Positions 8,499 through 16,061 of a stretch of DNA of 20,906 nt are shown here, in pieces. The translations under genes were made by a program, and so were the position numbers. The stretch spans positions 1 to 20,906 of the forward strand of contig JBHLPL010000026.1 in the NCBI GenBank assembly GCA_048939465.1, given 5' to 3'. How positions within the stretch are numbered: the first letter of the stretch is position 1; every line of letters starts with the position of its first letter. The notes under the pieces were generated by a model, which saw only the letters and a program-made list of their open reading frames with translations, made no database searches and was not told the origin of the DNA. The stretch comes from Promethearchaeota archaeon (lineage in GTDB: Archaea; Asgardarchaeota; Odinarchaeia; Odinarchaeales; JBHLKK01).

Positions 8499-10040
8499 CT
8501 ATGGAAGTGCCTGAGACGCCAGCCGGATTACTGTAATGAATGGGTCTTGCCACAATCCTATTACAAACACAGACACCATCAGCAGTACCAAAGGAATAAG
8601 CATAACAACGGGGGTTTCTCTGACTGTATTTGTACTTCCTTCGGGTTTTCTAATTACCACGGTCTCAATCACTCTCAGATAATATGCTACAACTATTACA
8701 CTGTTTAAGATGGCCAAAGCTGCAAGAACCGCATAGGTTATTGAGTTAATAGTCGCAACAGTCGCACTCGGATAAACGCTTATGGTAGCCCAGATAACCA
8801 TGGCTTTACTGTAAAATCCATTTAGAGGTGGCATTCCTGAGAGTGCCAAAGCAGCCACTGTGAATATGATACCTGTAATAGGCATTTTACGTCCAATGCC
8901 GCCAAGTTTGTTCAGGTCCCTAGTTTTGGCTCGGAATATGAAAGCCCCTGCGCAAAGGAACAGAAGGCCCTTCAAAACCGCATGGTTGAGAAGATGGAAG
9001 AGACCGCCCATTACACCGAGCTGTGCTACCTCAGACGATACGCCGGGGGTCATTCCAACTGCAAAACCCAGCAGTATGTAGCCGATATTTGCGATTGTCG
9101 AGTATGCTAGCAGTCGTTTGATGTCTGTTTGAACAAGTGCCATAATATTTCCAACAGACATTGTGATCACAGCAAAGATTGCAACAGTTATACCATAGTT
9201 GGTGAAGACGGACGGAGCAAAAAGCGTCAGGAAAACCCTTAGAATACCGTAGACGCCGCTTTTAACGATTATGCCTGATAGAAGAGCACTGATAGAACTG
9301 GGTGCAGCTGGGTGAGCGTCTGGAAGCCAAGTGTGCAGGGGAACTATTGCTGCCTTGACACCGAAACCCACTATGAGCATTCCGATGAGCAAATATAGAA
9401 GAAGGTTCGGTGATGCTCCTGCAAGGTACGTGCCCATGAGTTCGAAGTTTAGAGTTCCCGTAAGGCCATAAAGGAATGACATGCTGTAAAGCATAAGAAT
9501 TGATCCGAAAGCGCTCATTATCAGATACTTGAAGCCCGCCTCAATGGGTTCCCACTGTTCTTTTCTGAATGAAACCAATATGTAGCTACTTATGGCCATT
9601 AGCTCCCAGAAGACAAAGAAGGTGAAGAAATCTCCTGCAAAGACAATCCCGATAAGACCGCCTGTGAGGGTAAGGATAAGTGTATAGTATTTCTCGAGCC
9701 CAGTGTCTCTCTCCATATAGACGATGCTATATATCACCACCAAGAACCCTAAGCTCACAAAGATAATTGCCATAAGCCAGCTTAGCATATCTATATGAAG
9801 AACCGCTCCACCACTGGATGCTCCGAATGAAAGGTATTGAACTTCGCCTATCGTACCTGTACTGATAGGTCCATAAATGTTAATGAGGGACCATATTGTA
9901 AAAACAAATATGAGGGCAGCAAAGAAACCTTCAATCTTCTTTACACCGGCTCTTTTGGATACGGCTCCGATGATAGGGGTCAGTATCGCTCCGCTAAACA
10001 GTAATGCTAAGGGAAGTATCCAATCTAATAGTCCTGTCAT
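8499..10040 (-). CDS. Antiporter-like subunit (NuoN/MrpD/MbhH family)
   Basis: About 14 hydrophobic helices; FFVFWEL (TM5 Glu), GFGVKAAIVPLHTWLPDAHP (TM7 Lys), GIIVKSG, NHAVLKGLLFL and GFYSK. Confidence 0.92.
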   Translation of the reverse strand: MTGLLDWILPLALLFSGAILTPIIGAVSKRAGVKKIEGFFAALIFVFTIWSLINIYGPISTGTIGEVQYLSFGASSGGAVLHIDMLSWLMAIIFVSLGFLVVIYSIVYMERDTGLEKYYTLILTLTGGLIGIVFAGDFFTFFVFWELMAISSYILVSFRKEQWEPIEAGFKYLIMSAFGSILMLYSMSFLYGLTGTLNFELMGTYLAGASPNLLLYLLIGMLIVGFGVKAAIVPLHTWLPDAHPAAPSSISALLSGIIVKSGVYGILRVFLTLFAPSVFTNYGITVAIFAVITMSVGNIMALVQTDIKRLLAYSTIANIGYILLGFAVGMTPGVSSEVAQLGVMGGLFHLLNHAVLKGLLFLCAGAFIFRAKTRDLNKLGGIGRKMPITGIIFTVAALALSGMPPLNGFYSKAMVIWATISVYPSATVATINSITYAVLAALAILNSVIVVAYYLRVIETVVIRKPEGSTNTVRETPVVMLIPLVLLMVSVFVIGLWQDPFITVIRLASQALP

Positions 10041-10069
10041 TTGAATTGTTCACCTCTTTGGTTTTACGA

Positions 10070-10393
10070 TCATCCTCGAAGTTTCTTCAGCTTTCTTACA
10101 TCAAGAGTCTTATAGTGGCGATAGGCATTAACCACGAGAGCTAGCGCTACTGCTGCTACACAGCCACCAATCCCTATCGACATTATTACTAATGCTTGCG
10201 GAATTGGATCTACTCCAGTTGTACCTGATGCTGCAAATAGAATTAGATTCAAATTAGCCGCGTCAATAAGAATTTCCAGCGCAATAACCAGTTTGATCAT
10301 GTTTCTTTTTGTTGCCAGCGCATATAACCCGATCACCAGCAAGGCAGCTGCCGCGCCAAGGTACCATATCAAGAGTTCGGGAGACACTGCCAT
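10070..10393 (-). CDS. NuoK/MrpC/MbhG-like 3-TM subunit
   Basis: IGLYAL..KRNMIKLVIALEIL..AANL, PQALVI, and C-terminal YRHYKTLDVRKLKKLRG. Confidence 0.9.
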   Translation of the reverse strand: MAVSPELLIWYLGAAAALLVIGLYALATKRNMIKLVIALEILIDAANLNLILFAASGTTGVDPIPQALVIMSIGIGGCVAAVALALVVNAYRHYKTLDVRKLKKLRG

Positions 10394-10675
10394 TTATCCT
10401 ACCTCCTCGGGTCTTTTTGCCAGTCTAAACATAGCAGCTGCCCCAGCTGCTGCGGCAAACAACACCATAACTTGGATCAAAACATCAATAACTCGCTGAT
10501 TCCAAAGGGCTTGCGATACCGCATAGGAAATATCGTCAACGGGAACACTAACTAGGGGTTCTCCGCCGGGTGCATACTCAAATGGTATGAAAGTACTTAA
10601 TTCTGTTATCAGAATATAAAGGAACACAAAAGCAAGTATTCCGCCAGCAACACGGAATTTCCAGTCGAACTTCAA
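10394..10675 (-). CDS. NuoJ C-terminal half / MbhE-like subunit
   Basis: Two TM segments; LWNQRVIDVLIQVMVLFAAAAGA. The TTG start overlaps the upstream TGA and the stop abuts the next ATG. Confidence 0.7.
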   Translation of the reverse strand: MKFDWKFRVAGGILAFVFLYILITELSTFIPFEYAPGGEPLVSVPVDDISYAVSQALWNQRVIDVLIQVMVLFAAAAGAAAMFRLAKRPEEVG

Positions 10676-10926
10676 ACTTCTTCCTCCTTTCTGCTTGTTA
10701 GACTCAGAGCAGCCAACAGTAATACGGTTACAGCTCCCGCGTAAACCGATAGCTGAAACACTGCAGGATAGGGAGCAAATAGTAACCAGAAAGCTATGCC
10801 CAGCAAAATACTCATAATAGCCAGCAAAATTATCGAATGGGTGAGGCTTCGGACCTCGATAGCCAGTAGTGCAAATGCCACTACTCCAATAAGTACAATT
10901 ATCTGCAGGAGCATTTCCAGGTTCAT
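10672..10926 (-). CDS. NuoJ N-terminal half / MbhD-like subunit
   Basis: Three TM helices with APYPAVFQLSVYAGAV (NuoJ TM3 signature). ATG 10926 is preferred over the ORF-track start at 10965. Confidence 0.8.
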   Translation of the reverse strand: MNLEMLLQIIVLIGVVAFALLAIEVRSLTHSIILLAIMSILLGIAFWLLFAPYPAVFQLSVYAGAVTVLLLAALSLTSRKEEEV

Positions 10927-10993
10927 TGTGATCCCTACTTCATTCTTCTGGAGAGTATTCCACAATACATAGGTTGGTGTTTAAAAAATTTTT

Positions 10994-11177
10994 GGTGGTC
11001 AATGATGTTTGGGTCTTTATGCAAGGCTTATGATGATACTGAAACCGCCTTTCGGATGTAATATACCTTGTTAAGGGAATCTTAAAACATGAGATTCCTG
11101 ATTGTGAAAACTCTGAAAATCAGTTTCAGGAGAGGGCTTAGGTGACAGGGCTCTGTGATAATCGCATTCTTGTCACC
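10994..11177 (+). ncRNA. Candidate structured non-coding RNA (several hairpins; the first has C/D-box/K-turn-like motifs)
   Basis: Stems 10994-10999/11044-11049, 11076-11083/11091-11098, 11113-11118/11124-11129, 11141-11149/11169-11177 and inner 11154-11158/11162-11166. The four non-Watson-Crick positions are all G.U on the + strand. ATGATG at 11002, TGATGA at 11031, CTGA at 11039. Confidence 0.45.
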
Positions 11178-11196
11178 GTATTCTTGCGCTTTAGGC

Positions 11197-11209
11197 AAAA
11201 CTTATAAGA
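11197..11209 (+). promoter_or_regulatory. BRE/TATA-like promoter of the GTPase gene
   Basis: AAAACTTATAAGA: an A-rich run followed by TTATAA, about 90 nt upstream of the start. Confidence 0.45.
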
Positions 11210-11298
11210 TTGGCGGAGAATAAAAAATATAACAGGTGAGAAGTAACGTAGCGGACCGCAAAACTTATTTGCCACAATTAAAAAGGAGAAAACGTGTG

Positions 11299-11895
11299 AT
11301 GGTTATGCCCACCCGAGGATCGGATGGAAAGATTGTTTTCAAACTGGTATACTGGGGCCCAAGCTTGGGAGGAAAAACAACTTCTGTCAAATGGCTCCAC
11401 TCAAATGAAGGTAAGCTAGTTCAAGGGAACCTACAGAGTATTACAGACCCCACGGGCAGAACTCTGTTCTTTGATAGGCTGACAGCGGGTGTTGCTGGAG
11501 TGAAGTTTCAGATATGGACAGTTGCTGGGCAGAAAAGACACAAGTATCAGAGGAAGGTGATTCTTCAAGGAGTTGACGGAATAGTCTTTGTCTGGGATTC
11601 GGCGGCCGATCAGCTTGAAGAGAATATCTGGAGCTAAGATGAATTGAAGGAGTTTCTAGACGGGAAGATTGGCACTGAGATTCCATTCAGAATGATGCTC
11701 AACAAGAGAGATCTACCAGAAGAAATCAGCAAAATTGAAGTGAGACAAATATTGAATCGTTATGGTTTTGGAAACATATTAATCTATGAAACAATTGCTG
11801 TTACGGGAGAAAACGTAAGGAGAGCATTCATACAAGTGTGCCGTGAAGCTGTGCTGAGGTATTACATGGCACTCAGAAAAAAGGATGATTCGTAA
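11299..11895 (+). pseudogene. mglA: MglA-like small GTPase interrupted by one in-frame TAA (11635-11637)
   Basis: ORF-track entries 11236..11637 and 11644..11895 share a frame. Joined they give ~198 aa with G1 GPSLGGKTT, G2 TGRTLFFD, G3 TVAGQ, G4 NKRD and G5 ETIA. AGGAG RBS at 11283-11287. Whether this is a pseudogene, a base-call error or readthrough cannot be decided here. Confidence 0.85.
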
Positions 11896-11899
11896 TTCT

Positions 11900-13795
11900 T
11901 CACATTTTTTCCGGAATGTCAATTCCCAAGAGGTTTTTCAGACAGTTTTTGATTACCTGGCCCACACCTTCCACCAGTTTCAGCCTGGCATCGACCAGTT
12001 TTTTGCTCTCAGCGTATATGACCGGTAGTTTGTGGTAAAATTCATTGAAAGCATTCGAAAGACCTAACACATAGTGTACAATAATATGGGGTTGATATGA
12101 TTTGGCAGCGTTATCGACTGCCTCAGGCATCTTTGATAGTCTTCTTATTATTGTCTTCTCAATATCTTCGGATAGCAGCTGATAATTCGCTTTCTCCGGC
12201 ATCTTTTTGGCCTTCTTTAGAATACTTTGGGTTCTTACATAAGCATATTGCACGTAAGGTGCAGCTTCCCCTTCGAAGTTTAGTACGCTTTTCCAATCAA
12301 TTACTATTTTTTTTTCTGGATTGTACTTGGCAAGGTAGTATTTCAGCGCTCCTACGCCAATCTTCTTAGCGATTCTTCTTTTGAATTCTGAATCAGCCTT
12401 GGGGTTCCTCTTTTCAACCTCTTTATGAGCGAGCTCTACAGCTTTTTCCAAGACGGCGTCTGTGTGAAAGCCAATCCATGTCCCCTTCCTCCCGGAAAAG
12501 GCAACCTGCTCAGGAAGCCATACAAATTTAAAAGCCATGTGATGAGAGTTTTCGAAAGGTTTCTCATATCCCATTATCTTCAGGGCATGATAGACGGTGC
12601 TTTGTGAGAGCTTTTGCTCATAACCAATAACATTCACTACCTCTTCGGCATGTCCAAAGTTCTCATTTGTTTCTCCGCTCATGTTGGTCTCCCATATTTC
12701 TTGATTGTTGGACTGGACATTCCAGAGATTGAACTTCAGATCTGCTCTAGCAAGTCCAAATTTCCACATTTGAAATGCAATGTCTTTCCCAGTATACGTA
12801 CTAACCCCGTCAGAGCGTACAAGAATCTTATAGCTTTTTTTCATGCTAGCAAACGCATCGCCGAAAGGAGACATGTCCACAACAATGCATCCCGCGTCCG
12901 GTCCATCTTCCAGCTTGAAAACGTGATCGGATTGAAGCATTTCGTTTAATGCTTCCCTAAAAAGGCCAGATTGAACAACATCCCTTTCCCAGATAATAAG
13001 ATCATAGAAAATATTCAGACTCCAAAGTGTCTGCATCTGTCCTCTTACAGCCATATCTACGAGTCTCTCTGCAGTCTCAGCTATTTCGTTGTCTCCCTCC
13101 TCCATTCTCCTCAGAATGGTTCTAACTTCATCTTCAACATCCTGATTCTTTTCTAGTGCCTGAAAAGCTTTCATATATAGCAATCCTAGCCAAAAATCAT
13201 CTTTTTGACTTCTGCTTTTAGGAACTTCGTCCTTCAGATTGAGGTACCCCCACGTCATGACAGCTACTTGTCTACCCAAATCATCCATATAGTTTTGAAC
13301 CTCTACTTCGTATCCAGCATGTTTGAGAACTCGACTGATAATGTCACCTAGGACAGCACAGCGTAGCGTTCCCAAGTGTATAGGCTTTGTAGGATTTGCG
13401 CTCGTATGCTCAACTATTACTTTTTTACCTTCTCCTATTCTTATGGTTCCATAGTTGTCCCCCGCTTCCCCTATAGCTTCTAGCACCAGTCTGCTGAAAT
13501 TCCTCCAATTTATGTAGAAGTTGAGGTACCCTGATCCAGCAACTTCCACTCTGTCGATAAGTGAATCCTTAGAAATTGGTATCTCTTTTTCAACAGCCCG
13601 AGCTATTTCCAGCGGGGATCGTTTCAGTTTCTTGGACAACGAAAAACATATTGGTGAAGCCAAATCACCTAATTTTGAATCAGGAGGTTCTTCAAGGACT
13701 AATTCAGTCTCCTCAACTTGAGTATTGAGTCTTGCAAGCCCATTCTTAAGAGCGTCTATCGCTTCTTGTCTGAATAGTCTCCATGGGTTTTCCAT
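11900..13795 (-). CDS. argS: Arginyl-tRNA synthetase
   Basis: EHTSANPTKPIHLGTLR, YMDDLGRQ, RSDGVSTY, FSGRKG, FEGEAAPYVQYAYVR, FNEFYH and C-terminal IPEKM. GAGG 6 nt upstream favours ATG 13795 over the ORF-track start at 13924. Confidence 0.97.
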   Translation of the reverse strand: MENPWRLFRQEAIDALKNGLARLNTQVEETELVLEEPPDSKLGDLASPICFSLSKKLKRSPLEIARAVEKEIPISKDSLIDRVEVAGSGYLNFYINWRNFSRLVLEAIGEAGDNYGTIRIGEGKKVIVEHTSANPTKPIHLGTLRCAVLGDIISRVLKHAGYEVEVQNYMDDLGRQVAVMTWGYLNLKDEVPKSRSQKDDFWLGLLYMKAFQALEKNQDVEDEVRTILRRMEEGDNEIAETAERLVDMAVRGQMQTLWSLNIFYDLIIWERDVVQSGLFREALNEMLQSDHVFKLEDGPDAGCIVVDMSPFGDAFASMKKSYKILVRSDGVSTYTGKDIAFQMWKFGLARADLKFNLWNVQSNNQEIWETNMSGETNENFGHAEEVVNVIGYEQKLSQSTVYHALKIMGYEKPFENSHHMAFKFVWLPEQVAFSGRKGTWIGFHTDAVLEKAVELAHKEVEKRNPKADSEFKRRIAKKIGVGALKYYLAKYNPEKKIVIDWKSVLNFEGEAAPYVQYAYVRTQSILKKAKKMPEKANYQLLSEDIEKTIIRRLSKMPEAVDNAAKSYQPHIIVHYVLGLSNAFNEFYHKLPVIYAESKKLVDARLKLVEGVGQVIKNCLKNLLGIDIPEKM

Positions 13796-13880
13796 ATCCA
13801 TCCTCGCACTCAGGTTCTTTGTGTTCCGTATAAGTTTCACAAAGAGAGTATATAAGAAGTATGATAAAAGCAGATTGGGG

Positions 13881-13904
13881 TCTTCGAATGCGGCCATTCG
13901 AAGA
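13881..13904. repeat. Perfect 10-bp inverted repeat in the argS/gcvH divergent spacer
   Basis: TCTTCGAATG-CGGC-CATTCGAAGA. Confidence 0.85.
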
Positions 13905-13983
13905 AGCTGAGTTGTCTCAATCAAAAAAGATAAAAAGAGTAAGACAATAATTCAGATGCACGGAAAAAATGGAGGTAGGAATC

Positions 13984-14412
13984 TTGGTAAAGGTTGACAA
14001 GTTTGATCTTCCTGACGAACTGTACTACACTGATGACCATGTCTGGGTCAGGACTGAGAAAGGAAAAGTAAAGGTAGGTTTGGACGATTTCGGCCAATAC
14101 ATAGCAGGAAAGATCCTTTTCGTACGAGTAAGACCTCAAGGAAGGCCTGTAGTGCAGGGTAAGGCTTTCTCATCAGTAGAAACAGGTAAATGGGTTGGAT
14201 CTCTTACGTCTCCAGTCAACGGAAAGATCTTGGAGATAAACCCAAAACTCAAGAGCCAACCAACACTGATTAACGATGATCCTTACGGAGAGGGGTGGAT
14301 GGCCATAATCGAGTCAGGCAATCTGGATGATGATCTCAAAAATCTAATTCATGGCCCAGATGCTGTTTCCAAGTGGATGGAAAAAGAGATAAAAGAAAGA
14401 CTGAAGGAATAA
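13984..14412 (+). CDS. gcvH: Glycine cleavage H-like lipoyl carrier protein
   Basis: YYTDDHVWV, VGLDDFGQ, VETGKW (lipoyl Lys), SPVNG and INDDPYGEGW. GGAGG at 13971-13975 favours TTG 13984 over ATG 13969. Confidence 0.9.
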   Translation: MVKVDKFDLPDELYYTDDHVWVRTEKGKVKVGLDDFGQYIAGKILFVRVRPQGRPVVQGKAFSSVETGKWVGSLTSPVNGKILEINPKLKSQPTLINDDPYGEGWMAIIESGNLDDDLKNLIHGPDAVSKWMEKEIKERLKE

Positions 14413-14647
14413 TCTCTTACTTCTTTCCCACGCCTCTACACTCTATATTTTCAAATTCATTTATGTTCTTGCCATTTCGCTTTTTCATCTTGGACATGTT
14501 ATTGCAGGAATGTCTAGGAATCATAGGTAGCACCGCAAGCAGGATAAACCAAAGTCTTTACCCCCAAGCCTTCACAGGAAAGCTTCTTGCCGATAAAGTT
14601 AAATATCCGAAAGCTTGTAGCAACTTCCGAAAAGCCGGTGTTCAGAC

Positions 14648-14887
14648 ATGACGACCCAAGAGGAAAGGGAGCCCAAAGTAGACAGAACGAGGATGATTAT
14701 GTGGTTTGTTATTGCTTCTGAGATTCCGGTCATGGCACTTGCAGGATACCTCATAGCCAAGCAATTGGGAGGAACCGACCTGATCAGCATAGTAATCGGG
14801 TTGGCATTGGGATTGTTCTTTGGTCTATCGATTTATGTGTGGATGCGTATTCTTCAAGCGCGTAAAGCAGGAGTGGAAAAAAGGTGA
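14648..14887 (+). CDS. Two-TM AtpZ/ATPase_gene1-like protein
   Basis: 79 aa with the pattern E-x(5)-AGYLIAKQLGGT...GLALGLFFG..Y...R; the stop lies 4 nt before ATPase subunit C. Confidence 0.6.
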   Translation: MTTQEEREPKVDRTRMIMWFVIASEIPVMALAGYLIAKQLGGTDLISIVIGLALGLFFGLSIYVWMRILQARKAGVEKR

Positions 14888-14891
14888 GACC

Positions 14892-15950
14892 ATGAAGCGC
14901 GTCTCTCAGTATGCATATATAAACGCCAAAATCAGAGGAATGCGATCAAAACTTCTTCCTTCTTCGACTATGGACTCTCTGGTCGGAGCCGGGAATTTTG
15001 AAACGCTGATAAGGCTTCTGGAGGGCACTTATTATAAGGCATTGATATCAAGTATTCCTGCAAGAGAACTGAGCCCTGGAAGGCTGGACAAGGTCTTTTC
15101 TCAAGATTTCATGGAACGCTTTGAAACCGTAATTTCTTTTGCTCCTGGCGGTTCAAAGGATCTTCTGAATAGTATGAAAAAGAAATTCGAAGCTACAACC
15201 TTAAAAACACTCATTAGAGCCAAAGCAGCAAAAGTGGACCTAGATAGAGCCATGCGTTATGTAATTCCTGTGGGTGCATTTACTGAAGATGTTTGCAGAA
15301 AACTTCTTGAAGCCAAAGATATTCGTGAGCTTGCCGGAGCAATCCCTGAACCTGATCTAAGACGGGCAGTTGGGGGAGCCCTATTCGAATATGAAAAGCT
15401 AAAAGTCACATTTCCACTTGAGGCGGCAGTCGATCAGGAAGTATATGGCGAACTCTGGAAAGATGTAAAGAGACTTAAGGGAACTGATAAACCCTCAGGA
15501 CAGAAGCTGATTGGAGCCGAGATTGATGCAATAAATACTCGAAGTGTTCTGAGGAGCAAAGTCTTGGGATTGGAACCTGAGTATGCAGTTAGCTATCTCC
15601 TGAAAGTAAATTATAGACTGAGACTCAAGGACTTGAAAGAGGCTTTGGGGGCCGAGAGTGTCTCGGATGCTGTCAAGCTTCTTGCGATGCATCAATATCG
15701 CAAGGTAATGATGATAGCACTGCAAAAATACATGAAAGAGGAGTCGCTTGCTGCCTTTGAACTCGCTTTGGACCGCCTGCGCGCAGAAGCAAGCAAGAAA
15801 GTGTCATACACTCGTTCACCATTTCAGGTTGGTACCATTCTGAGTTACCTAAACCTTAAATGGTTTGAAATCAGGAATTTGAAGGCTATTGTGACAGGAA
15901 AGGTAGACGGACTATCTCCTGGACACATTCGTGAATTTTTGGTGTACTGA
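14892..15950 (+). CDS. atpC: A/V-type ATP synthase subunit C (Vo d homologue)
   Basis: YAYINAKIRGMRSKLL, LEGTYY, EIDAINTRSVLRSK, and C-terminal ILSYLNLKWFEIRNLKAI..GK. GGTGA RBS before ATG 14892. Confidence 0.92.
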   Translation: MKRVSQYAYINAKIRGMRSKLLPSSTMDSLVGAGNFETLIRLLEGTYYKALISSIPARELSPGRLDKVFSQDFMERFETVISFAPGGSKDLLNSMKKKFEATTLKTLIRAKAAKVDLDRAMRYVIPVGAFTEDVCRKLLEAKDIRELAGAIPEPDLRRAVGGALFEYEKLKVTFPLEAAVDQEVYGELWKDVKRLKGTDKPSGQKLIGAEIDAINTRSVLRSKVLGLEPEYAVSYLLKVNYRLRLKDLKEALGAESVSDAVKLLAMHQYRKVMMIALQKYMKEESLAAFELALDRLRAEASKKVSYTRSPFQVGTILSYLNLKWFEIRNLKAIVTGKVDGLSPGHIREFLVY

Positions 15951-16061
15951 AAACGAGTGTCGCCAATCATGTAAATTGCAGGTTGTTATGGAAATTCTTC
16001 CTCTGGCAAAAAGCATACTCTAGACCAATCGGAAGAAAAAAGGGAGCTATGTGCGATGGAT

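Noticed and set aside
11635-11637. Selenocysteine or pyrrolysine recoding of the GTPase stop
   Set aside because: The codon is TAA, not TGA or TAG, and the position is not Cys-like.
14413-14647. Small basic - strand ORF (MSKMKKRNGK...) and repeated TCCGAAA(A)GC
   Set aside because: The ORF is the complement of the T-rich terminator region after gcvH; the repeat is only 9-10 nt.
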